Made by a program: the position numbers and the translations under genes. A stretch of 29,870 nucleotides of DNA from an uncultured Eubacteriales bacterium (GTDB lineage: Bacteria > Bacillota > Clostridia > UBA1381 > UBA9506), in the NCBI GenBank assembly GCA_902478395.1, contig CABSKZ010000001.1:1-29870 (forward strand), in the 5' to 3' direction. Below are positions 17,618 through 26,116 of the stretch, one piece after another. The notes beneath the pieces are model-generated. The model was given only the letters and a program-made list of their open reading frames with translations, did no database searches and had not been told where the DNA came from. Position 1 is the first letter of the stretch. Each line of letters begins with the position of its first letter.

Positions 17618-18631
17618 CTACAGCCACTTTTTACTTTTCCCTGTCTGCCCGGATTCATCCAGTGTAGAAAGGGACATTCCTGTCCCGACCGCGACACAGT
17701 CGAGCGCGTTTTCCGCCACATAAACCGGAATCCCGGTTTCTTCAGAGACCAGCCTGTCCAGCCCGCGAATCAGCGCGCCGCCGCCCGTCAGCATAATACC
17801 ACGGTTCATCACATCTGCGGCAAGCTCCGGCGGCGTTTTCTCCAAGGTAAATTTAATGGCGTCGACAATCGCAAATATGGATTCCGCCATCGCACCGCGG
17901 ATTTCCCGCGAGCTGAGCGTAATGGTTTTCGGCAGGCCGCTGATTAAATCCCGCCCCTTGACGGACATCTCGTTTTCCGTCTCCGTTTCGTATGCGGAAC
18001 CGATGTTGAACTTAATCTCCTCCGCGGTACGTTCGCCCACCATGAGGTTATATTCCCGTTTGATATAATTCACGATATCGCTGTCCAGTTCGTCCCCAGC
18101 GATACGGAGCGACTTGCTGCTCACGATTCCGCCGTAGGATATGACGGCAACCTCACTCGTTCCGCCGCCGATATCGACGACCATGCTGCCCGTCGGCTCG
18201 TTTACAGGAAGCCCCGCGCCGATTGCCGCCGCCATAGGTTCTTCGATTAAGTAAGCGTTGCGCCCCCCGGCAGTGATGACCGCTTCCTCAACCGCTCGGC
18301 GTTCTACTTCGGTTACGCCGAACGGAATGCAGACCACGACCCGCGGTTTGAAAAAACCGCCCTGATAAACCTTTTTAATGAAATATTTGAGCATTGCCTG
18401 CGTCCCGTCAAAGTCCGCGATAACGCCGTCCTTCAGCGGACGTATCGCCACAACATTGCCCGGCGTGCGGCCGATCATGTCGCGCGCCTCGTTGCCCACT
18501 TTGAGCACCTGTCCTGTCGTTTTGTTTACCGCGACGACAGACGGCTCGCGCAGGATGATTCCTTTCCCCTTTAAATAAACAAGTGTATTCGCCGTTCCCA
18601 AATCAATTCCGATGTCCCTGCTGAATGCCAT
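17618..18631 (-). CDS. mreB: Rod shape-determining actin MreB
   Basis: [49 protein letters not shown]. Confidence 0.97.
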   Translation of the reverse strand: MAFSRDIGIDLGTANTLVYLKGKGIILREPSVVAVNKTTGQVLKVGNEARDMIGRTPGNVVAIRPLKDGVIADFDGTQAMLKYFIKKVYQGGFFKPRVVVCIPFGVTEVERRAVEEAVITAGGRNAYLIEEPMAAAIGAGLPVNEPTGSMVVDIGGGTSEVAVISYGGIVSSKSLRIAGDELDSDIVNYIKREYNLMVGERTAEEIKFNIGSAYETETENEMSVKGRDLISGLPKTITLSSREIRGAMAESIFAIVDAIKFTLEKTPPELAADVMNRGIMLTGGGALIRGLDRLVSEETGIPVYVAENALDCVAVGTGMSLSTLDESGQTGKSKKWL

Positions 18632-18635
18632 AATG

Positions 18636-19229
18636 TTATTGTACCTCCAATATTAGATTGACTTCGAATTCATCCTTTAGTACCTTGCATAGCCTGCACA
18701 GCGGCAGGCCGACTACATTGAAATAATCGCCTTCTATCTTTTCTATCAACATCGAGCCGCGCCCCTGAATGCCATAGGCCCCGGCCTTGTCCAGCGGTTC
18801 GCCGCTTTTAATATAGCATGCGATTTCCTCTTCTGTGAGCGTCCGGAAAAATACCTTGGTTTCCTCGAAAACACTGACGCCCAGCGCGTCGTCCGTCCTG
18901 ATAACGCTCAGGCCCGTCAGCACGCTGTGGCTTCTCCCGCTCAGCTTCCTAAGCATGTCCGCCGCTTCCTGTTCGCTGTGTGGCTTAGTGAGGATTTCTC
19001 CATCCAGTACGACGATTGTGTCAGCACCAATCACCAGCGTATTTTCTCCGGCAGTTTTTGCCACATCCGCCGCCTTTTGCAGAGCAAGCTGTTCCACCAC
19101 CAGGTAGGGAGGCATATTTTTTTCAATTTGTTCCTCAATCTCGCTGGTCCGTACGGAAAATTCCAGCCCGACGCGTTCCAGCAGTTCTTTTCGGCGCGGA
19201 GAACCCGACGCCAGCACAAACTGCACCAT
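18636..19229 (-). CDS. maf: Maf-family nucleoside triphosphate pyrophosphatase (YhdE-type)
   Basis: [34 protein letters not shown]. Confidence 0.95.
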   Translation of the reverse strand: MVQFVLASGSPRRKELLERVGLEFSVRTSEIEEQIEKNMPPYLVVEQLALQKAADVAKTAGENTLVIGADTIVVLDGEILTKPHSEQEAADMLRKLSGRSHSVLTGLSVIRTDDALGVSVFEETKVFFRTLTEEEIACYIKSGEPLDKAGAYGIQGRGSMLIEKIEGDYFNVVGLPLCRLCKVLKDEFEVNLILEVQ

Positions 19230-19240
19230 AAATGCCCCCT

Positions 19241-19510
19241 TTACAGCTTCCTGAAAATGAGAAATGAAATCAATACTCCCAGAATGCTTGCTACATTAAT
19301 TTTAAACCAAAACCCAACTGCAAGCGTGAACTTCAAAATGTATAAATCAATGGTAAACGGCGCCGTCGCGTCAAACCCGAAGCTCATCCCATAATCCAGC
19401 CACCACAGGTACTGGCTTCCTTCACAGAGCTTGCCCAGCAGCCCGCCCAGCACCAGCCCGGCGAAAACCGCGAGGACGTATACCCATGTCCGCCTTTTAG
19501 CGATTGCCAT
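19241..19510 (-). CDS. Small membrane protein (DUF4321-like)
   Basis: 89 aa, hydrophobic; P..IDL.I..FT..F...IN.ASILG pattern; typical position upstream of maf; start 19510 after GGAGGG. Confidence 0.75.
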   Translation of the reverse strand: MAIAKRRTWVYVLAVFAGLVLGGLLGKLCEGSQYLWWLDYGMSFGFDATAPFTIDLYILKFTLAVGFWFKINVASILGVLISFLIFRKL

Positions 19511-20036
19511 CCAATAATCCCTCCAAATTGCTGTTTTGAACCGCCCTGAGGGCAATGAAGCCCGTAAGCAGGGCGCATACGGTGGAAACCAGCGTCAGCA
19601 CAGGCAGGTAACGGAACATGTTCCAATTATGTACCACCAGCGACGCAACCAGTATCTGCCCAACATTAAAAAAGAACGCCCCCGCCATGCTCTGGCCTAT
19701 TAGACTGATTTTGTTTCCAAAAATCTTAGAAAACAGCGTCATCGCCGCTACGCTGAGCAGAGTCCCCGTCCCTCCGTAAGCGAACATGGTAACGGCTCCG
19801 GTCAGTATGCCTGTAAGCAGCGTCCGCAAAAGGCCAACCAAAAGCGCGGTCCACGGGCCAAACAGCACCAGGGCTACCATAGTCGTTACATTGGCAAGTC
19901 CCAGCTTCGCGCCGGGAAGAACTGCAAAAACCGGCAGCAACCCCTCTAAAATATTCAGTACAAGCCCCACCGCCAGCAGAACGCTGACAACCGCAACCTT
20001 TTTTATGCCGGACAGCCCTTTAGTATGCAACGCCAT
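19497..20036 (-). CDS. Gx transporter family protein (annotated as heptaprenyl diphosphate synthase component I-like)
   Basis: E..LP....PGAKLGLAN, S.AGA.F.N.GQ, YLP motifs; paired with a NusG-domain-II gene. Confidence 0.85.
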   Translation of the reverse strand: MALHTKGLSGIKKVAVVSVLLAVGLVLNILEGLLPVFAVLPGAKLGLANVTTMVALVLFGPWTALLVGLLRTLLTGILTGAVTMFAYGGTGTLLSVAAMTLFSKIFGNKISLIGQSMAGAFFFNVGQILVASLVVHNWNMFRYLPVLTLVSTVCALLTGFIALRAVQNSNLEGLLDGNR

Positions 20037-20391
20037 CCACATCCCTCTCGCCTTCAATTCTGACAACCAGCCGATTCGGCAAACAAACAATCATACTTCC
20101 GCAGGAACTGATTGCCCCTGCCTGTACATCCAGCTTATCCGTGCAGTCTGCCTCCGCGACATGGACACTGCCGCCTTCTATCACGATTCTATTATACCCG
20201 AAATCCGTCCGGACATCAAGTATTTTAGCTTCTTTTCCACGATTCAGTTCGTATCGCCCATATTCTTTTCCATCTACCTCGACAACGACGGTTTCACCGG
20301 CTCCGCCTGCAAAAATTACATTCGTGAACAGAACTGCCAATGCGGATGCAGCAATAAGTGTGAGGAAAATGATTTTATCCAGCTTCGTCAT
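20020..20391 (-). CDS. NusG domain II (DUF1312)-containing membrane-anchored protein
   Basis: N-terminal KLDKII plus TM segment; GYN.I.I, ADC.DK, IVCLPNRLVV; start 20391 after GAAGGTG. Confidence 0.85.
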   Translation of the reverse strand: MTKLDKIIFLTLIAASALAVLFTNVIFAGGAGETVVVEVDGKEYGRYELNRGKEAKILDVRTDFGYNRIVIEGGSVHVAEADCTDKLDVQAGAISSCGSMIVCLPNRLVVRIEGERDVDGVAY

Positions 20392-20395
20392 GCGC

Positions 20396-20851
20396 TCACC
20401 TTCCGGTTGAACCAAACCCGCCTGCTCCGCGCTGTGTTTCGTCAAGCGAATCACACGCAATTAAATTTGCCCGTGTCACCGGCGCGAACACCATCTGCGC
20501 GATGCGTTCGCCCTTTTTGATAACATAGTCCTCCGGCCCCAGATTGATAAGGCCCACCCGGATTTCTCCGCGGTAGTCGCTGTCTATGACGCCCACGCCG
20601 TTTGACAGGCAGATGCCGTGCTTGATACCCAGTCCGCTGCGGGCGTAAATATACGCAACATAGCCGCTGTTTGGCAAGCTGATGGCGATTCCGGTCGGGA
20701 CGACCGCCATTTTCCCTTTCGGCAGAAGGATATCTTCCTCCACCGCAGCGGAAAGATCCATTCCCGCCGCCCCCTCCGTCGCATAAAACGGCGGCTTGAT
20801 TTCCTGACCAATCATGTCGCTGACATATTTTATTTTTACATCGATTTCCAT
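20396..20851 (-). CDS. dut: dUTP diphosphatase (trimeric)
   Basis: AGMDL, RSGL, GVIDSDYRGE, RIAQ, RGAGGFGSTG (all five motifs); start 20851 after GGAGG. Confidence 0.97.
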   Translation of the reverse strand: MEIDVKIKYVSDMIGQEIKPPFYATEGAAGMDLSAAVEEDILLPKGKMAVVPTGIAISLPNSGYVAYIYARSGLGIKHGICLSNGVGVIDSDYRGEIRVGLINLGPEDYVIKKGERIAQMVFAPVTRANLIACDSLDETQRGAGGFGSTGR

Positions 20852-20888
20852 ATAAACCTCCATACCACAGACAGCCGCTGCTAAAAAT

Positions 20889-22937
20889 TTATGTTACACC
20901 CCGGTAAAAATGGCCTCTTGTAAAGTCCATCTCCGGTTTGGGAACGAATTCTCCGCGCAGCGCCTTCCGGTACTCTTCTATTATTATACAACACAAATCA
21001 GGATTTTCAACCGTAAAATTTAATCTTATCCGATCAATTTGTAAACTTTTTATGTCACGGAGTTTATCCGCCATGTAGATCGGCTTCGCGTTGTAAACAA
21101 TATTGCGGCAGTTCTCTGTTCCCAGCGGAAAACATTCTCCCATCCTGTCCCGCAGATAAAACCGCTTTCCCTTACAGCCGCACCGGTACGCGCTCTTTAT
21201 CACGCAGTTCTCCATCAGCATAAGCTCCAGCCTGCCATAACCTACCACCTCAAGCAGAACACCCATTTCCTTTGTCAGTGCGGAAAGTTCCCGCAAATTC
21301 AGCTCCGGCGACAGAGTTACACCAGATAGGCCCAGCCCATGCAGAAACACAACAGACTGCGTGTTGAATACGTTCAGCCGCTGACCTCCATATACAATTT
21401 TTCCTTCCGCCGCGGCTATCTGCCCGATGTTATTTACCACAACCTTCTTCACCCGAGTCAGATCCAGCGTTTCTTTCTCATGGTTCACCGCCGGCAGCAC
21501 ACACACATCTTCCGGCAAGCCGTTTTGCAGAAACAATTCATACGGCATGCAGACCGACTCTATCCCCATTTCCCGCACTGCCTCAAGCTGTGTGAGTGTG
21601 GTCACCTGAACAACCAGTTCCGGGCTTTTCTTTTGTCCGGACGGAAATCGTTCTGGCAAAACTGGTTCTGGTTTTCTCCGGCAAGCTTCCTGTATCTGCT
21701 GGCTGATGTCCTCAACCGCCTCCCGCCGGAGCCGGTTGATTTCTTTGATGCTCACAGCCACGCTGTCATCCAGTTCAAATTCCATATGTTCTGCAAAAAA
21801 TGGCGTTCCTCCCAGCTTTGCAAGCTGTTCCCGAACACGTTCTTCCGCGGTCGGACGGTTGACCGCCGCTTCCGCCGGCAAACCAATCCGTCGGGACAGG
21901 AACGTCTGTCCCGACATGGCCGTGAGCGAAATAGGCAGCCCAGCTTGTGCCGAGAAATAAAAATCCAGCGGCCGCTTCCTGTATTCCTGCACCGCAGTTC
22001 GTTGCACCTCTTTTTCCAACGCTTTATCTGCCGATATTTTAGAACGTTCCCCGTAATCCATCATCTTTTTGTACTGTGTTCCGTAAAAATACCCTGTACC
22101 GGAACCACCACGCGAAAAAAACGCAAGCATATCGTCAACCGATTTCTGATCCGCGCCATCCGTCAGTGCCTCCCGGTAAACACGCGTAACCATCCCTACA
22201 TATTCCGGGCTTTTCATCCGTCCTTCAATTTTCAGGGAATCCGCGCCCGCCTCCCTGAGTTCCTGAAGCTGATGAACCAAACAGAGGTCTTTCGGCGATA
22301 ACAACGGAAGCGTTTTGCCCACCTTCTGCTCTCCGCAGTACAGTGTATATGGCAAACGGCATGGCTGGGCACACCCGCCGCGGTTGCCGCTCCGGCCGCC
22401 AATCATACTGCTCATCAGACACTGTCCTGAATAACTCATGCAGAGGGCGCCATGCACGAATATCTCCAACTCCGCCGACGTCCGTTTGCGGATAGCCGCA
22501 ATCTCCTTTTTCCCGCACTCGCGCGCCAGCACGACGCGTTTGGCACCAGCCCGTTCTAATGCTTTTGCTCCGTCGGAATTGTGTATGGTCATTTGGGTAC
22601 TGGCGTGAACAGGGAACTCCGGCAGGTTGTCCCGCAACAGCTTCAGCACACCCCAGTCCTGCACAATTGCTGAATCCACACCAATTTGCCAAAGAAAAGC
22701 AAGATATTCACAAAGCTGACCAATCTCTGTTTCCTTAATAAGCGTATTGCAGGCCAGATATAGCTTTACTCCGCGCAGGTGGCAGTAATCCACCGCGTTT
22801 TTCAGTTCTTCCCTGTCAAAATTTTTCGCGCTGGAACGTGCGCTGAATAAACTGCCGCCGACATAGACGGCGTCGGCGCCGTTTTGCACCGCCATTACAA
22901 GCGACTCAAAATTCCCCGCCGGAGATAACAGTTCCAT
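20889..22937 (-). CDS. U32-family protein with DUF3656-like middle region (RlhA-like RNA hydroxylation protein)
   Basis: ELLSPAG, GADAVY, HASTQM, E.FVHGALC.SYSGQC..S...RSGNRG.CAQPCR, KIEGRMK; C-terminal FTRGHFYRGV. Confidence 0.88.
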   Translation of the reverse strand: MELLSPAGNFESLVMAVQNGADAVYVGGSLFSARSSAKNFDREELKNAVDYCHLRGVKLYLACNTLIKETEIGQLCEYLAFLWQIGVDSAIVQDWGVLKLLRDNLPEFPVHASTQMTIHNSDGAKALERAGAKRVVLARECGKKEIAAIRKRTSAELEIFVHGALCMSYSGQCLMSSMIGGRSGNRGGCAQPCRLPYTLYCGEQKVGKTLPLLSPKDLCLVHQLQELREAGADSLKIEGRMKSPEYVGMVTRVYREALTDGADQKSVDDMLAFFSRGGSGTGYFYGTQYKKMMDYGERSKISADKALEKEVQRTAVQEYRKRPLDFYFSAQAGLPISLTAMSGQTFLSRRIGLPAEAAVNRPTAEERVREQLAKLGGTPFFAEHMEFELDDSVAVSIKEINRLRREAVEDISQQIQEACRRKPEPVLPERFPSGQKKSPELVVQVTTLTQLEAVREMGIESVCMPYELFLQNGLPEDVCVLPAVNHEKETLDLTRVKKVVVNNIGQIAAAEGKIVYGGQRLNVFNTQSVVFLHGLGLSGVTLSPELNLRELSALTKEMGVLLEVVGYGRLELMLMENCVIKSAYRCGCKGKRFYLRDRMGECFPLGTENCRNIVYNAKPIYMADKLRDIKSLQIDRIRLNFTVENPDLCCIIIEEYRKALRGEFVPKPEMDFTRGHFYRGVT

Positions 22938-22970
22938 ATCCGCCCTCCTCTCTGAAACATTTCAGTTTCT

Positions 22971-22999
22971 ATCATACCATATTTCCCGGTCCGGCACAA
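22971..22999 (-). promoter_or_regulatory. SigA-type promoter for the U32-dut-...-mre cluster
   Basis: TTGTGC-17 bp-TATGAT with extended TG, about 35 nt upstream of the start codon. Confidence 0.55.
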
Positions 23000-23403
23000 C
23001 AAAAATTTCGACGGTAACTGACGATATTTCCGCAAAATGGTTGTTTCCCACTGAGCCAAACTATCCCGGTCCGACAACCCGGCAGTCTGGCTACACATTC
23101 GTCACGTTCATTCAATCGGTTTATTTATGCCATGTCGCTGTTGAAGCCGAAGGCCGCCATATCCGCCGCAGGTTTGATTTCAGTATAAAGCACCCAGAAA
23201 ACCGAATGTTGCTTGTAACGGCATGGTTCCGTAAGTTTCCTTTTGTGGTTGGATAGGACCGTAATATTCACAGATATGGCCGGCTTTATACTTCTGTGCA
23301 CCAATTTGACAGAACCCGCCCGCTTGGCTTTTTCCGCTAAAAAGTCCCGTGACCTTTGACCGGACAAAATGTCTCAAAAGGTATTTTCTAAAAGGAAAAG
23401 ACG

Positions 23404-23446
23404 ACAAAAAAGCCGCTTTACCAAGCGGGTTAAGCGGCTTTTTTGT
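23404..23446. terminator. Bidirectional terminator-like hairpin
   Basis: Perfect 15-bp inverted repeat ACAAAAAAGCCGCTT / AAGCGGCTTTTTTGT with A/T tracts on both arms. Confidence 0.75.
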
Positions 23447-23634
23447 AATTGAACCAGCAACGGTTACCATTATAGCTTTCAAAAAGTGGCAGACTGCGGT
23501 TTTTACAGAGGTCAACCGGTAAATTTCTATGCCAGAACAAACTATTTGCTCCGTGGTTTTTCCCGTTATTCTATGTAGAACTCAATTCCTGCAAGCCCTT
23601 TCATCCGGCGAGACAACAGACGAGCCTTCTCATC

Positions 23635-24120
23635 TTAGAATCCCCGTTCCGTGCAAAGCGCCGCAATCTCCTGTGCCTTCATTCCCCTCATGAAATTCGC
23701 TGCATCCGCTACGGTTTTGTTTTCAAACAAAAGCATGTAGATACCTAATCTTTTTATGCGTTTTCCGAGCCGGGTATATTTTTTGTTTTCTTCCGCTATC
23801 ATAGCCATGTACAGAATTGACAATAATTTATCTACCTTGAGTCTATCTTCAGCCTCATATGACAAGCTGGTTTCCGTAATCAGTGCTAAGACCCCTTGCT
23901 CGACGTTTTTATTGGTTTGATTATAGATATTTACATAATCCCGATAAATCTTTTCCCTTCCATATTTTCTGGCTAATTCTTTTACTACAGAAAAATAATC
24001 CGTATCTTTCGGTGGTTTTCGCGGACAATTTGGCATCTTTAAGTATACACAAAATTCATCAAAATTACCGTTGTCAAACTCCAAATATGACCCGTCACAA
24101 AATTGTTTTACCATCCCCAT
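23635..24120 (-). CDS. Conserved-looking hypothetical protein (recalled as DUF7004-like), low GC
   Basis: AAGGAGGGTGAT RBS and its own promoter; motifs F.DGS.LE.D.G.FD..CVY and LYMAMIAEENK..T.LGKRIKRLG; family name from memory only. Confidence 0.75.
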   Translation of the reverse strand: MGMVKQFCDGSYLEFDNGNFDEFCVYLKMPNCPRKPPKDTDYFSVVKELARKYGREKIYRDYVNIYNQTNKNVEQGVLALITETSLSYEAEDRLKVDKLLSILYMAMIAEENKKYTRLGKRIKRLGIYMLLFENKTVADAANFMRGMKAQEIAALCTERGF

Positions 24121-24199
24121 ATCACCCTCCTTTATTCATTGGCGAAGTTCCTGTAACGCGCACCTCTTTTATCCGATGCACATTTATGTACTTTCACAA

Positions 24200-24228
24200 A
24201 GTATATACCACATTTCTTGATATTTCAA
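24200..24228 (-). promoter_or_regulatory. SigA-type promoter for the 161-aa orphan gene
   Basis: TTGAAA-17 bp-TATACT. Confidence 0.6.
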
Positions 24229-24340
24229 CATATTAATTCAACATTTAATAAACTTTTCATTTTACACAAAGAACTTCGCAAAAATAAAGTCTGGTTTTGT
24301 CCTTTTTGCCTCTATTTTTACGTCAATCATCACAAAAGAA

Positions 24341-26116
24341 TTAATGGAACTGCGACCGGTATAGCTCTGCATATATACCGCCGCGCGTAAGCAATTCCTT
24401 ATGTGTTCCCTGCTCGGCAATCTCCCCACCCATCACAACCAGAATTTCATCCGCATTTTTGATGGTGGATAGTCTGTGCGCAATGACAAAGCAGGTTTTT
24501 CCCCGCATCAGCGTCTGCATGGCTTCCTGAATCTGCTGCTCGGTCCGGGTGTCCACATTGGAGGTCGCCTCATCCAGAATCAGCATGCTGGCATCCAGCA
24601 GCATTGCCCTCGCGATAGTCAGAAGCTGTTTCTGCCCTTGGGAAATATTCATTCCGTTTTCGTTGAGGATGGTATCGTACCCATTCGGCAAACTCATAAT
24701 ATACTCATGGATATGTGCGGCCTTCGCGACGCGGACGACATCTTCCTGTTTCGCGTCCTTTTTCCCATATGCAATATTTTCAAAAATCGTTCCGTGGAAC
24801 AGCCATGTATCCTGCAGCACCATTGCATATGATAGCCGCAGGCTCTTTCTCGTCACCTGACGGATATCGTGCCCGTCCACATATATTTTCCCCTCCTGTG
24901 GATCATAGAACCGCATCAGCAGGTTAACGAGCGTGGTCTTTCCCGCTCCCGTCGGCCCGACGATTGCCACCAGCTTTCCGCTTTCCGCCGTCAGATTCAA
25001 GTCGTGGATAATAATCTTGTCCGGGTCGTAGCCAAACCGGATATGCTCCATCTGCACATCGCCGCGCACATTCTGCAGGTTCAGCGCTCCGGGTACGTCC
25101 TCCGGCTCCGGCTCCTCATCAATCAGGCGAAATACTCTTTCCGCTGCGGCACACGCCGATTGCAGCTCGCTCAGGATATTGGCGGCTTCGTTTATCGGCC
25201 CCGAAAATTTTCGGGAATACAGCACAAACGAGGACAGGTTCCCTATGGTCAGCCCCTGGTGCAGATACAGGATTGCGCCAAAAACGCTGATCAACGCAAG
25301 GGACAGATTATTTACAAAGTTGACACATGGGCCAACCATACTGCCATAATAATCCGCATTGTAATAGGCATCTACCGCATCCGTATTCTTCCGGTCGAAC
25401 CGTCCGACCATTGTTTCCTCCTGCCGGTATGCCTTTGTTGTTTTATGGCCGGAAATAACTTCCTCCACAAAGCCGTTCATCTCCCCAAGCTTTGCCGACC
25501 GCTTTCGGAACAGCGGCCGGACCCGACCGGTCATATACTTGGTCAGAACAATGGAGATGGGAATCGTCACTGCGAACACCAGCACCAGAACGGGGGAAAT
25601 AAACAGCATCATACCGAAAGAGCCAACGACCGTGATAATGCTGGTGCAGATTTGCAGCAGATCATTCGACAAAGAACCGTTGACCGTGTCCACATCATAA
25701 GAGATGCGGCTAATGATATCCCCTATCTGGTGTCCATCGAAAAAGCGCACCGGCAGCTCGACCAGCTTGTCGAAAATATCCTTTCGCATTCGGTAAACGA
25801 CTTTTTGGCTGAAATGGATCATTAAAACGGACAATATGTAGGAAAGCAGGGAGGACAGCGCATAAAATCCAACCATGACCAAGCAGTAATAAAATACCTT
25901 ATCGAACATCACTTGGCCCGCTCCGCCGCCAAAGGAATCGATCGCCTTTCCTGCCAGTGACGGCCCGACTAACGCGAGCAAATTACTGGAAATTGTCAAC
26001 ACCAGCGCAAGAAGAAGCATCCATTTGTGCTGATACAGGTAGCCCCAAAGCCGTATCAAGACCTTTTTCGTATCCCTCGGTTTATCCGTCCCGCGGATAT
26101 TCATTCCTCTAGGCAT
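24341..26116 (-). CDS. Heterodimeric ABC exporter subunit (TMD+NBD, TM288-like)
   Basis: Multi-TM N-terminal domain; GPTGAGKTT, ISQGQKQ, LILDEATSNVD, IAHRL; start placed at ATG 26116, overlapping the upstream stop. Confidence 0.92.
   Translation of the reverse strand: MPRGMNIRGTDKPRDTKKVLIRLWGYLYQHKWMLLLALVLTISSNLLALVGPSLAGKAIDSFGGGAGQVMFDKVFYYCLVMVGFYALSSLLSYILSVLMIHFSQKVVYRMRKDIFDKLVELPVRFFDGHQIGDIISRISYDVDTVNGSLSNDLLQICTSIITVVGSFGMMLFISPVLVLVFAVTIPISIVLTKYMTGRVRPLFRKRSAKLGEMNGFVEEVISGHKTTKAYRQEETMVGRFDRKNTDAVDAYYNADYYGSMVGPCVNFVNNLSLALISVFGAILYLHQGLTIGNLSSFVLYSRKFSGPINEAANILSELQSACAAAERVFRLIDEEPEPEDVPGALNLQNVRGDVQMEHIRFGYDPDKIIIHDLNLTAESGKLVAIVGPTGAGKTTLVNLLMRFYDPQEGKIYVDGHDIRQVTRKSLRLSYAMVLQDTWLFHGTIFENIAYGKKDAKQEDVVRVAKAAHIHEYIMSLPNGYDTILNENGMNISQGQKQLLTIARAMLLDASMLILDEATSNVDTRTEQQIQEAMQTLMRGKTCFVIAHRLSTIKNADEILVVMGGEIAEQGTHKELLTRGGIYAELYRSQFH

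Noticed and set aside
23041..23515. ORFs 23041-23256, 23125-23367 and 23180-23515
   Set aside because: No SD sequences, mutually overlapping, one runs through the terminator hairpin, and none has a recognisable motif.
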